Positions 8,946 to 18,304 of a stretch of 64,000 nucleotides of DNA are shown here, in pieces. Each line of letters begins with the position of its first letter. Position 1 is the first letter of the stretch. A program made the translations under genes and the position numbers. A model generated the notes under the pieces. That model was not told the origin of the DNA, did not search any database, and saw only the letters and a program-made list of their open reading frames with translations. The stretch lies in assembly GCA_021802705.1 (NCBI GenBank), contig JAJZRL010000002.1, positions 91,024 through 155,023 on the forward strand, read 5' to 3'. Origin of the DNA: a bacterium (GTDB taxonomy: Bacteria > Patescibacteriota > Minisyncoccia > Phycocordibacterales > Phycocordibacteraceae).

Positions 8946-10694
8946 CTATTCGGTTACGGCACGCAACACTTCTTCAAGGCTCGTAACCCCTCTCGCGGCT
9001 TTATAGAGCCCGTCTTCGAGCATCGTAAGCATCCCTTCTTTCTTCGCCTGTGTCTCGATAGCGTCGCTCGTGCTTGAGCGGAGTATGACTTCACGGATGG
9101 CGGAAGATACGGTGAGAACCTCGTGGATACCGATGCGGCTTTTATACCCGTCCTCGCATTCGGCTGACGGGACCGGACGGCAGAAGGGGAGCTCGTCGAG
9201 GCCAACCCCGTCTTTCACGAGCTTTTCTTCGCGGAGCGTCTTGAGCGCCGTCTCGAATTCCGCTTCGCTCGCGATTTTCGCTCGCATGCTTTTATCTACG
9301 GCGTACGTCTCTTTGTTCTCGCAAAGCTTCCTTACGAGCCTCTGTCCGATGATGACGCGGATAGTTGACACGAGAAGGAACGGCTCGACGCCCATATCAA
9401 TGAGACGCGGGATAGCTCCGGCGGCGCTATTGGTGTGTATGGTCGAGAGCACCAGGTGGCCGGTAAGCGCCGCGTTGATGGCGAGTGAAGCGGTCTCGCC
9501 GTCGCGGATCTCGCCGATCATGATGATGTTCGGATCCTGGCGCACGAGCGCACGCAACCCGTTCGCGAACGTGAGTCCTATCTGCGGATTCACCTGCGTC
9601 TGATTGATCCGTTTCATCTGGTATTCGATAGGATCTTCGATGGTCGATATGTTCACGTCCGGCCGGTTGAGGATATCGAGCATGGTGTAGAGCGTCGTCG
9701 TTTTCCCGCTTCCGGTCGGTCCTGAAATAAGGATGATGCCGGTCGTTTGCTTGAGCGCGTGATGGATGCGTTCCAGATTCTCCCCATGAAGGCCGAGCGC
9801 GTCGAGCGTAAAGCCCTCGCCGGTTTCCCGCAAAAGACGCATGACGATTTTCTCTCCGAAGAAAGTCGGAAGTATCGAGACGCGGAAAGAAACACGTTCC
9901 GCCTCGGTTTCCATCTTGAAGCGTCCGTCCTGCGGCAGACGTTTCTCATCGAGTTTCAGGTTCGAGAGCACCTTGATGCGCGCGACGATGCCGGCAGCCG
10001 CGACTCTCGGAAGCGTCATCGCGTCGTGAAGGATGCCGTCGATGCGGTAGCGTACGAGAACCTCGTCCTCCATCGGCTCGATATGGATATCCGAAGAGCC
10101 TTGCACGATAGCGTGTCGCAAGAGCGTATCGACGATGCGGACGATAGGAAGATCCTCAGCCATCTTCTTCAGGTCATCGCCGGAGAGATCCTTATCGCCA
10201 TCCGTAACGATGCGTATCTTCCCCGCCTCGGTCGAGATAATATCCCCGAATTCGTCCTTAAGGGATTTCTGGTACTGCAGGAGCGCGTGCTTGATGCCTT
10301 CCGTATCGGTCAGTCTCGGAAGAATCTTGAGGCTGGTTTTCTTGCGCACCGAGTCAATCGAGGCGAGGTCTTCGACATCGAGCATAGCCACTTCGAGATC
10401 GTTGTCAGTTTTCTTGAACGCGATGATGTTATGAGTCCGGGCGATCGGTTCAGGAATGAGCATGAGAACGTCGACGGGGATATGGTGTTCCTTCAGGTTT
10501 ACGAACGGGATGCCGAGGACGTATGCCTGGATGCGCCGCAATGCGTCTTCCGTGAGGGCACCCTGAGAGACGAGCAGGTCGCCGAGCGATTGCTCCCGCT
10601 GTTTTGCTTCGGCAGCGGCAGCATCGACGTCCTTCTTTGCGACGAGGCCCGAGTCAATGATGAACTCTTTTAATTCTCCTTCCGAAACGTGCAT
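8946..10694 (-). CDS. pilB: type IV pilus assembly ATPase (GspE/PilB)
   Basis: SDIHIEP, RLPQDGR, GPTGSGKTTT, TIEDPIEY, RQDPNIIMIGEIRD and TGHLVLSTIHTN motifs. Confidence 0.93.
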   Translation of the reverse strand: MHVSEGELKEFIIDSGLVAKKDVDAAAAEAKQREQSLGDLLVSQGALTEDALRRIQAYVLGIPFVNLKEHHIPVDVLMLIPEPIARTHNIIAFKKTDNDLEVAMLDVEDLASIDSVRKKTSLKILPRLTDTEGIKHALLQYQKSLKDEFGDIISTEAGKIRIVTDGDKDLSGDDLKKMAEDLPIVRIVDTLLRHAIVQGSSDIHIEPMEDEVLVRYRIDGILHDAMTLPRVAAAGIVARIKVLSNLKLDEKRLPQDGRFKMETEAERVSFRVSILPTFFGEKIVMRLLRETGEGFTLDALGLHGENLERIHHALKQTTGIILISGPTGSGKTTTLYTMLDILNRPDVNISTIEDPIEYQMKRINQTQVNPQIGLTFANGLRALVRQDPNIIMIGEIRDGETASLAINAALTGHLVLSTIHTNSAAGAIPRLIDMGVEPFLLVSTIRVIIGQRLVRKLCENKETYAVDKSMRAKIASEAEFETALKTLREEKLVKDGVGLDELPFCRPVPSAECEDGYKSRIGIHEVLTVSSAIREVILRSSTSDAIETQAKKEGMLTMLEDGLYKAARGVTSLEEVLRAVTE

Positions 10695-10841
10695 ATCGTA
10701 CGGTTAAGTATATACCGCGCGGCGTTCCGTATGCCGCGCATAATACACATATATATTGAATAATCTTTCCCCTCCCCGCGTCTCCATGATCGGAAAGTCA
10801 GACTTTCCGGATAAGTTCAATGGAATTATGGAATGGAGAGG

Positions 10842-10870
10842 TTGACGTATCGGGCGGTTTCCGGTATTCT
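10842..10870 (+). promoter_or_regulatory. sigma70-type promoter of nusA
   Basis: TTGACG (10842-47), 17 bp spacer, TATTCT (10865-70). Confidence 0.75.
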
Positions 10871-10961
10871 GTACGTATCTGAAATGTCCGCGCTGCGGGC
10901 ATTTTTGTTAGGAAGACCGCGTATAAAATAGGTAATTAAGATATACCCTATCCCACACCAT

Positions 10962-12326
10962 ATGATTGATCTCAAAACCATGAGTGCCGTGCTTGGTGAG
11001 TTCGAGAACCGAGGCATAGGCCGTGAAACCATGATTAACGCTATCGAGAGCGCGATGGCAACCGCCTATAAGCGCGAATATGGCAAGCGCGGGCAAGTCG
11101 TGCGAGCGAAACTCGATCTCAATACGGGGACCATATCTTTCGAGCAGGTGAAATCCGTCGTTGACGAGACGACCGTCCGTTTCCCTGCCGAGGGCGAGGT
11201 GATCGAGGAGCACGCGCATCCGCACGCTTTTCCTCACGGCGAGGAGGAACCGGTCGAAGAAGGGGAGCTTCCGCGTTTCGATCCTGAAAAACACATACTC
11301 CTCGATGATGCGAAGCGCATGAAGCGGGGCGCAAGCTTGGGCGAGGAAATCGTCTTTGCGCTCGAACCGCAGGACGATTTCGGCCGTATCGCCGCACAGA
11401 CCGCGAAGCAAGTCGTCATTCAGAAGGTCCGCGAAGCGGAAAAGCTTTCGATGATGGAGGAATTCGGCGAAAAGAAAGGAGAAATCGTAAGCGGTATCGT
11501 GCAGCGCGTAGAACGCGGAGCGATATTCGTCGATCTCGGACGTACGACCGGACTTATCCCGTATGAAGAGCAGATACCGGGCGAGCGATACCGCATGGGC
11601 GAACGCATCCGCGCGTACCTGTATGCCGTGGACGAAGGGTTCCGCGGCGTCTATCTCAGGCTTTCGCGCGCCCACCCGCTTTTCGTCGTAAAGCTTTTCG
11701 AGCTTGAAGCGCCCGAGCTGGCTTCGGGAGCCATTGAAGTGAAAGCGCTTGCGCGCGAACCGGGAAGCCGCACCAAGATCGCGCTCGCGTCCCTTGATCC
11801 GCACGTCGATCCGGTCGGTTCCCTGGTCGGTCAGCGCGGCGTGCGCGTTTCCACGGTCATGGGCGAGCTTGGCGGCGAACGCATCGACGTTATCGAATGG
11901 AACGAGGATCCGAAAGAGTTCGTAAAAGAAGCGCTCTCCCCTGCCATCCCGCTCAGTATCGATCTTGACGAGGGCGAGCATCGCGCGATAGCAACGGTTT
12001 CTGAGGACGAACAGTCGCTCGCGATCGGCCGCGGCGGGCAGAACGTCCGGCTTGCCGCAAAACTTACCGGATGGAATATCGATATCGTTTCGGCAAAAGG
12101 CAACGAAATAGCCGAATCCGACGGCGAATCGGTCGAGATCGCTTCAGCTGACGAGGATCCGGCCGAAGCGGCGGGGGTTATGCCGGTCGAGAGCGTCGAG
12201 GTCGTTACGGAAGAAGCCCGCCAGAAAACCAGTCTTCCTGCCGAAGAAGAGCTCGTCGAGCTCCCCTCTTCCGACGAGACCGTCGCCGATGCGGAAGAAG
12301 ACCGCGACCCGTCGAAAGACGAATGA
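10962..12326 (+). CDS. nusA: transcription termination factor NusA
   Basis: FGRIAAQTAKQV, AREPGSRTKIA and AIGRGGQNVRLAAKLTGW motifs; acidic tail. Confidence 0.97.
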   Translation: MIDLKTMSAVLGEFENRGIGRETMINAIESAMATAYKREYGKRGQVVRAKLDLNTGTISFEQVKSVVDETTVRFPAEGEVIEEHAHPHAFPHGEEEPVEEGELPRFDPEKHILLDDAKRMKRGASLGEEIVFALEPQDDFGRIAAQTAKQVVIQKVREAEKLSMMEEFGEKKGEIVSGIVQRVERGAIFVDLGRTTGLIPYEEQIPGERYRMGERIRAYLYAVDEGFRGVYLRLSRAHPLFVVKLFELEAPELASGAIEVKALAREPGSRTKIALASLDPHVDPVGSLVGQRGVRVSTVMGELGGERIDVIEWNEDPKEFVKEALSPAIPLSIDLDEGEHRAIATVSEDEQSLAIGRGGQNVRLAAKLTGWNIDIVSAKGNEIAESDGESVEIASADEDPAEAAGVMPVESVEVVTEEARQKTSLPAEEELVELPSSDETVADAEEDRDPSKDE

Positions 12327-12387
12327 TCAGTATTGTATACTTGGCCAGTATCGCGTTACACGACGATGCTTAAGAAAAGATAACCGT

Positions 12388-12912
12388 ATGAACCTCCTTC
12401 ACGATATCGATCCGGGCACGAAAGAAGAGATCAGCGTCATCATCGAGATCCCGAAAGGTTCTCACAACAAGTACGAGATCGATAAGAAGACGGGCGTTAT
12501 AAAGCTTGATCGCGTCATGCACAGCGCGCAAGACTATCCTTTTGATTACGGCTTCGTACCGAGGACGCTCTGGGATGACGGCGACGCTCTCGATGTCGTC
12601 GTGCTCACCACATATCCGCTCGCTCCCGGCATCCTTGTTCCCGCTCGCCCGATAGGCATCATGCATATGACCGATGGCGGCGAAGCCGACGAGAAGGTCA
12701 TCGCTGTCGCTTCCGGCGACCCGCGTTTTGCGGAGGTGGACGACATATCCGCCGCAAACCAGCACGTGCTGAAGGAAATAGCTCATTTTTTCGCGACCTA
12801 TAAGCAGATCCAGAAGAAAGAGGTCGCGGTTGGCGAGTTCGAAGGCCGTGCTGCCGCGGAGGCGGCATATGTCCGGGCGCGAAAATTGTACGACGACGCT
12901 CACAAGGCCTGA
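12388..12912 (+). CDS. ppa: inorganic pyrophosphatase
   Basis: IEIPKGSHNKYE, YPFDYGFVP and DGDALD motifs; start taken as MNLLHD. Confidence 0.95.
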   Translation: MNLLHDIDPGTKEEISVIIEIPKGSHNKYEIDKKTGVIKLDRVMHSAQDYPFDYGFVPRTLWDDGDALDVVVLTTYPLAPGILVPARPIGIMHMTDGGEADEKVIAVASGDPRFAEVDDISAANQHVLKEIAHFFATYKQIQKKEVAVGEFEGRAAAEAAYVRARKLYDDAHKA

Positions 12913-13100
12913 TGGATAACGAAACGAACATGAATGAGAAACCACCTCTTCTGTCCGGAACGCCGTCGCCGAAAGCGCAATCGTGGGGCGTGCTCATCTC
13001 GATCGTAGTCATCGTGCTCATGATCGTCATCGGAGCGTTCTATTCTTGGCAGAAGAGAGTCGCCGAGAACCGCGCGCTTATCACGAATGCCGCCCGATGA
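12912..13100 (+). CDS. small single-pass membrane protein
   Basis: One hydrophobic helix WGVLISIVVIVLMIVIGAFYSW. Fills the ppa-clpP gap. Start may be 12930. Confidence 0.65.
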   Translation: MDNETNMNEKPPLLSGTPSPKAQSWGVLISIVVIVLMIVIGAFYSWQKRVAENRALITNAAR

Positions 13101-13129
13101 CCCTTTAACCGACTAAGCAGTACGTAACC

Positions 13130-13732
13130 ATGTATAAAAATACCCAACCGCATGCCTCGATGCTCGTCCCCATGGTCGTGGAGAAAAGCCAGTTCGGAGA
13201 GCGTGCTTACGACATCTATTCGCGCCTCTTGAAAGAACGTGTCGTATTCCTTGGCGGGCCTATAGATGATGATGTCGCAAACCTTGTCATCGCCCAGCTT
13301 CTCTTTCTGGAAGCGGAAGATCCGAAAAAGGACATATCGCTCTACATAAACTCGCCGGGCGGTTCGGTTACCTCGACGCTCGCTATGGTCGACACGATGA
13401 ATCACGTAAAACCTCCGGTTTCGACCGTTTGTGTCGGCATGGCCGCCTCAGGAGCCGCTATCCTGCTGTCTGCAGGGGAGAAGGGGAAACGCTTCTCTCT
13501 CCCGAATGCCGAAGTCATGATCCATCAGCCTCACGGCGGCGCCGAAGGGCAGGCGACCGATATCGAGATAACCGCAAAACAGATTCTGAAGCTGCGCGAG
13601 CGGCTCAACAGGATTCTTGCGAAAAATACCGGCCAGCCGTTCGAGAAAATCGAGAAAGACGTCGAACGCGACTTTTTCATGACGGCGGACGAGGCGAAAA
13701 AGTACGGCCTTGTCGATCACGTCTACAAATAG
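13130..13732 (+). CDS. clpP: Clp protease proteolytic subunit
   Basis: [23 protein letters not shown] and MIHQP motifs. Confidence 0.97.
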   Translation: MYKNTQPHASMLVPMVVEKSQFGERAYDIYSRLLKERVVFLGGPIDDDVANLVIAQLLFLEAEDPKKDISLYINSPGGSVTSTLAMVDTMNHVKPPVSTVCVGMAASGAAILLSAGEKGKRFSLPNAEVMIHQPHGGAEGQATDIEITAKQILKLRERLNRILAKNTGQPFEKIEKDVERDFFMTADEAKKYGLVDHVYK

Positions 13733-13751
13733 AACGATGACAGGATAGGGG

Positions 13752-13781
13752 AAGCGGGCAGCGAAGCGCCGCCCGCTTTTT
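13752..13781 (+). terminator. intrinsic terminator after clpP
   Basis: AAGCGGGC...GCCCGCTT stem followed by a T-run. Confidence 0.65.
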
Positions 13782-13886
13782 CATGGTACAGTCCCTTCAC
13801 TCCCGCCCTGCTGTCCCCTGTATGCCAGAATCCGTCTGTCCGCCTCACTGCTCCTCGCTTTATTCCCCGATGGAGATATCCCTACC

Positions 13887-15416
13887 ATGTCACTCAATAT
13901 CATACTGATACTACTCGCGCTGAGCGGCGTTGGCGGCGTCGTGCTCGGGTATGTCTTGCGTGTCCTTATCGGGCTTGCGCAGCGCGGTTCGGTCGAGCTC
14001 GACATCAAACAAAAGCTGCTTCAGGCAAAGGAACAGGTTGCGAAGATGCTCGCGGATGCGGAATACCGAAGCGCCGTCATCGAGACGGAACGCCTCGCGC
14101 CTCTCGAGGATCGCGAGGGGAAGATCGTCGCGCGCGAGGAACGTCTTGCTTCGCGTGAAGAGTTCCTCGACTCCCGCCAGCGGGACCTCGACGAGAAAGA
14201 GAATGAGATACGCGCGCGCGAACAGGAAGCGGTGCATACGACGCGCAAGGCGGAAGGCCTTATCACCGAACGCTCGAAAGAGCTCGCACGGATCGCCCAT
14301 ATTTCGGAGGCGGCGGCGCGCGAGGAGCTTTTCTCCGAAATAGAACGTTCCTACGAAGAAGCGATCCTCTTGCGGTTGCAGAAGCTTGCCGCAAACGGGC
14401 GGGAACGCCTTGAAGATAAGGCTCGCTCGATCCTCGTATCGGCTATCCATCGTCTCGGGAACGCGGTGAACGCCGAGGTCATGTCGCTTTCCGTCACGCT
14501 CCCCTCCGAAGAGATGAAGGGGAAGATAATCGGCAAAGAAGGCCGCAACATCAAAGCATTCGAACGCGCGACGGGCGTCGATGTCCTTATCGACGACGCG
14601 CCGGACAAGATAACGCTCTCTTCTTTCGACCCGCTCCGGCGGGCTGTCGCGAAATCCGCGCTCGAAAAGCTCATCGCCGATGGGCGCATACAGCCGGTCA
14701 AGATAGAGGAAACGGTCAAGAAGACACAGGATGAGATAGCGGATATCGTAAGACAGAAAGGAGAAGCGGCGGCGTACGAAGCCGGGGTCATCGGTCTCGA
14801 CCCGAAGCTTACGGCGCTTCTCGGCCGTCTCTATTTCCGCACGAGCTATGGCCAGAACGTCCTCCAGCACTCGATCGAGATGGCACATATCGCCAACATG
14901 CTCGCAACGGAGCTCGGTGCCGATGCCGCTGTCGCCCGCGCCGGAGCCCTGCTGCACGATATCGGCAAGGCAGTCGATCACGAAGTGCAAGGCACGCACG
15001 TTGAAATCGGGCGCCGGATCCTTGAAAAGTTCGGCGTCGATACGCGAATCATCCAAGCGATGCAATCGCATCACGAGGAGTATCCGTACGAAACGCCGGA
15101 AGCGGTTATCGTGCAGGTGGCAGATGCGATATCCGCCGGACGTCCCGGAGCTCGTCGGGATACCGTCGACCGCTATCTCGAGCGCCTCGGCGATCTCGAG
15201 CGCCTCGCCGGAATGTTCGAAGGAGTCGAAAAAGTCTACGCCATATCCGCCGGGCGTGAGATACGCGTCTTTGTAAATCCCGGAAAGGTCTCCGACATCG
15301 CCATGCATACGCTTGCGCGCGACATCGCGATGCGCATACAGGCTGAAGTGAAATATCCGGGGGAGATAAAAGTGAATATCATTCGCGAAAACAGGGTCGT
15401 GGAATTCGCGCGCTGA
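13887..15416 (+). CDS. rny: ribonuclease Y
   Basis: N-terminal TM, coiled coil, KH domain (KGKIIGKEGRNI) and HD domain (RTSYGQNVLQHS, LLHDIGK). Confidence 0.97.
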   Translation: MSLNIILILLALSGVGGVVLGYVLRVLIGLAQRGSVELDIKQKLLQAKEQVAKMLADAEYRSAVIETERLAPLEDREGKIVAREERLASREEFLDSRQRDLDEKENEIRAREQEAVHTTRKAEGLITERSKELARIAHISEAAAREELFSEIERSYEEAILLRLQKLAANGRERLEDKARSILVSAIHRLGNAVNAEVMSLSVTLPSEEMKGKIIGKEGRNIKAFERATGVDVLIDDAPDKITLSSFDPLRRAVAKSALEKLIADGRIQPVKIEETVKKTQDEIADIVRQKGEAAAYEAGVIGLDPKLTALLGRLYFRTSYGQNVLQHSIEMAHIANMLATELGADAAVARAGALLHDIGKAVDHEVQGTHVEIGRRILEKFGVDTRIIQAMQSHHEEYPYETPEAVIVQVADAISAGRPGARRDTVDRYLERLGDLERLAGMFEGVEKVYAISAGREIRVFVNPGKVSDIAMHTLARDIAMRIQAEVKYPGEIKVNIIRENRVVEFAR

Positions 15417-15551
15417 AACAAAAATCGTGATTTTGCGCTATCCACGCTATCCTGACAAGCCCTATTGCGCAAAACGGCTTATTTCCTATACTTTGCCGCA
15501 TACCCGCTTCGCCCACACGAGCCCCGCGGGGTTAGCAATTAGCACATACTC

Positions 15552-15824
15552 ATGAATAAAGCAGATATCATCGAAAAGGTGCACGGCGTTCTCGGCACCA
15601 CAAAGGCGGACGCGGAGCGTGCCGTTGAAACGGTCATAGACTCTATCGTTTCCGGCCTCAAGTCCGGCGATGAGGTTTCAATCGCAGGTCTCGGCATCTT
15701 TGCGACGAAAGCCCGTCCCGCCCGCGAAGGCCGCAACCCTCGTACCGGCGAAACCATCCGCATCGCTGCTTCTCGCACGGCGAAATTCCGCCCTGCGAAA
15801 GCCCTGAAGGATGCGGTAAAATAA
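15552..15824 (+). CDS. hup: HU DNA-binding protein
   Basis: MNKADII...AREGRNPRTGETI...KFRPAKALKDAV. Confidence 0.96.
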   Translation: MNKADIIEKVHGVLGTTKADAERAVETVIDSIVSGLKSGDEVSIAGLGIFATKARPAREGRNPRTGETIRIAASRTAKFRPAKALKDAVK

Positions 15825-15852
15825 GGAGGAACGCCCCCTATTTTCCTAGTCA

Positions 15853-15894
15853 GAGACGGCACAATCCCTAGGGATGTGCCGTCTCGTTTTCTTT
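15853..15894 (+). terminator. terminator hairpin after HU
   Basis: GAGACGGCACA...TGTGCCGTCTC stem followed by GTTTTCTTT. Confidence 0.7.
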
Positions 15895-15935
15895 CCTGAT
15901 GGGGGCCCATCATCCGAGAGACGTATTTTGAACTT

Positions 15936-17990
15936 TCAGTCGAGAATGTCTCCGTATTTCTTTGCCAATTCCTCCTCTCTTAATCGTCTTTGCTCCATCC
16001 TTTTTGCCGTCGTTTCAGGACTACGGAATCCCTCGATATGTTTTGTTACCGGTTCAAGTGTCTCCCCTTTTATCTTGCGCAACCATTTATCCGAATTAAT
16101 TCCCTCATCAAATTCGACATCAAACTTAAGATACCCTTCCTTACTGGGGTTGGAAAAATGGAGACGCTTGATTCTCTCGATGGGTCGCGTCGGAGCAATC
16201 ACGTCAGCTTGCGTCATCTTATCCGCGAAAACTTCAGCGATACCAAAATCGCCTCCTGTCGAGCACGAGTTGAAGACGAACGTCGGTTTTTCGACAAAAA
16301 AGCCGTGGACGGCGCGCACCGTTCCCTTACCCTCTAGAATTTCCCCTATAGTGAGACTGGCGATATTGCCGATTTTTCTCGAATCACCCAGATCGATTGA
16401 GTCGATTGAGCCGTGCCCTCCTATGATTGCATAGGATATCTTGTGCTTATCCCCGTATAGCTTGTTTGCCGTGAGAAGCTTTTTCGCGACATCGATCCTA
16501 CTCCCCGCTTCAAAGACACGCACCTGATAGCTGGCCGCCTTGTTATCATGAGCAAAATCTGTCAAGACCGTTTTTTCCGTTTCGTTGAAAAATGCACCGT
16601 TATGGTCCGCTCGAGGATACATGATGATGCCATAAGGGCCCTCCGTATTATTCAGATTGTCATACTGGTCTATGAGGAGTTGCGTCGGATACCGACCGTA
16701 CGTTTGTATGCCGAAGGTTCCGGAAAGGATTTTTACTGCTTCAGGCCTCTCTGCGGCGACCTCAAGTGCAGCTCGGGCGTTCTTTCTGAGGAAAACATTC
16801 TTCTCCCCTTCCTTGCACGACCCGTTTACGGCAGAAAGGAACTCCTCCGGATTAAGGCCGATATCTTGGAAAAGATGCTTGCAAAATTCTCTATTTTCAT
16901 TGCGAACGGAACCGACAATCCCTGGACCTTCTGCGTTTTCATCCCATTCTGAGAGGAGGTCGTCTGACGTGAACGAAGATTCGAGGAGTGTATTGAGAGC
17001 GGTATCAAGACACGCTTCGTGCGGATTGCTAACCTTGCGGTCAAGAAGGAGGATTCTCACGATTTCCCTTGCAACGCGTGATGAGTCCTCTCTCCCGCTT
17101 GAGAGCACCGCATTGACGTATCTGTCGATGTGGTCGAGGGCCTCACGCCCCGTACCGTGCGAGTCCTTCACCTTCCCGATGAATTCCGGAAGCGCGGATA
17201 CGCTTCCTTCGATGCTGGCGAGCGCTTGGTCGTGCCAATCCGACATTCCTTTCTTGTGCATGCGTTCCTTCCCTTCTTCAAGAAGCTGGACGATGAGCTC
17301 GGTGGATCTCTCTACATCCTCCCCTGTGTCAAAACCGAAGCGCGGGGAGATGTCCTCGATATGGCTCTGCACGAAGTTGCATATTTCGCCCGTGAACGCC
17401 TTACCGACATCCGTGAACTCCTTGCCTGCCGCCCGCTCCCGTAATGAAAGGAGTAGATTTAGGGCCTCTCCCCGCAAAACAGGATCATCGAGCGCCTTGT
17501 CAATGTCTCGGACGGAACTCTCAAACGTCTTAAGGGCTTTGCGCTTCTCAACAGCCTCGAAAGGCTTTCTCATGAAGGAAGATATTTTACTGCGGGGAGC
17601 ATCTGTATCCACTCGATCGATTACGGAAAAGCCGGCATTGCGGACGGCGTCGAGCGACGCTTTCACACGCTCGCGCTCTTCGGTGGACAGATCAGACTCC
17701 GTTCTTTTCGTCTCCATCGACCGGGCCGCTTGGACTTCTTGAACAAATTCTTCCTCCGCCCTCTTCGCTTCAACATGAAGGAGGTCGATTCCCACACGAT
17801 CCTCCGGATCGATAGCGGCTCCTATCTGTGCGGCACGCTGTTCGATTCGTGCTAGGTTTTCCTCCGTCTCGGTATCGAATCGTTCAACCTCTTGTCGCGC
17901 TTGTTCGACCATCTGTCCTGTTGATTCAACGGGCATTTCCCGGTAATCGCCCCGATTCGATTCGTGCCGTTCCGCTTGTTCGAATCTCAT
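15936..17990 (-). CDS. hypothetical protein with a C-terminal clan-CD (caspase-hemoglobinase fold) peptidase-like domain
   Basis: 684-aa ORF with an SD-like GGAG/GAGG upstream. YAIIGGHGS and FVFNSCSTG lie about 50 aa apart. Function is inferred. Confidence 0.7.
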   Translation of the reverse strand: MRFEQAERHESNRGDYREMPVESTGQMVEQARQEVERFDTETEENLARIEQRAAQIGAAIDPEDRVGIDLLHVEAKRAEEEFVQEVQAARSMETKRTESDLSTEERERVKASLDAVRNAGFSVIDRVDTDAPRSKISSFMRKPFEAVEKRKALKTFESSVRDIDKALDDPVLRGEALNLLLSLRERAAGKEFTDVGKAFTGEICNFVQSHIEDISPRFGFDTGEDVERSTELIVQLLEEGKERMHKKGMSDWHDQALASIEGSVSALPEFIGKVKDSHGTGREALDHIDRYVNAVLSSGREDSSRVAREIVRILLLDRKVSNPHEACLDTALNTLLESSFTSDDLLSEWDENAEGPGIVGSVRNENREFCKHLFQDIGLNPEEFLSAVNGSCKEGEKNVFLRKNARAALEVAAERPEAVKILSGTFGIQTYGRYPTQLLIDQYDNLNNTEGPYGIIMYPRADHNGAFFNETEKTVLTDFAHDNKAASYQVRVFEAGSRIDVAKKLLTANKLYGDKHKISYAIIGGHGSIDSIDLGDSRKIGNIASLTIGEILEGKGTVRAVHGFFVEKPTFVFNSCSTGGDFGIAEVFADKMTQADVIAPTRPIERIKRLHFSNPSKEGYLKFDVEFDEGINSDKWLRKIKGETLEPVTKHIEGFRSPETTAKRMEQRRLREEELAKKYGDILD

Positions 17991-18193
17991 GGCCTCAATT
18001 TCTCCCGTATACCTGCAATCTGTTCTTTATCGAGCTTCTCCGACACTCGGGTGAAAATGCTGATTCGTTGGCGACGCAATTGAGACATCTTCCGGTCAAA
18101 GCTCGCTTTTGCAGCCGCATACACGTTTTCTGGCATGGCCACAGTATACAACTCTTCGTGGACGCTTCGATCATCCGAAATGGCACTAACCGG

Positions 18194-18264
18194 TGCGGGC
18201 GGGGAGAATCGAACTCCCGATTACTGCTTGGAAGGCAGTCGTTTTACCACTAAACCACGCCCGC
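18194..18264 (-). tRNA. tRNA-Gly(TCC), no encoded CCA
   Basis: GCGGGCG acceptor stem, anticodon arm ACTGC-CTTCCAA-GCAGT, TTCGATT T-loop; followed by CCG. Confidence 0.96.
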
Positions 18265-18304
18265 ATAGTGCGAGAATACCATTTTTAAGATAGCGTAGGT
18301 ATAC

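Noticed and set aside
10733-10761. dif-like sequence GCCGCGCATAA-TACACAT-ATATATTGAAT
   Set aside because: The left arm resembles the XerC arm, but the right arm fits only with a 7-bp spacer and lacks the inner TTAT. A dif site about 10 kb from a parS cluster is also unlikely.
17995-18186. 63-aa Cys-containing ORF after tRNA-Gly
   Set aside because: GTG start 8 nt from the tRNA end, with no RBS, promoter or recognisable motif.
15830-18193. Integrated element at tRNA-Gly(TCC)
   Set aside because: No integrase and no duplicated tRNA 3' end (att) were found. Only an accessory gene is supported.
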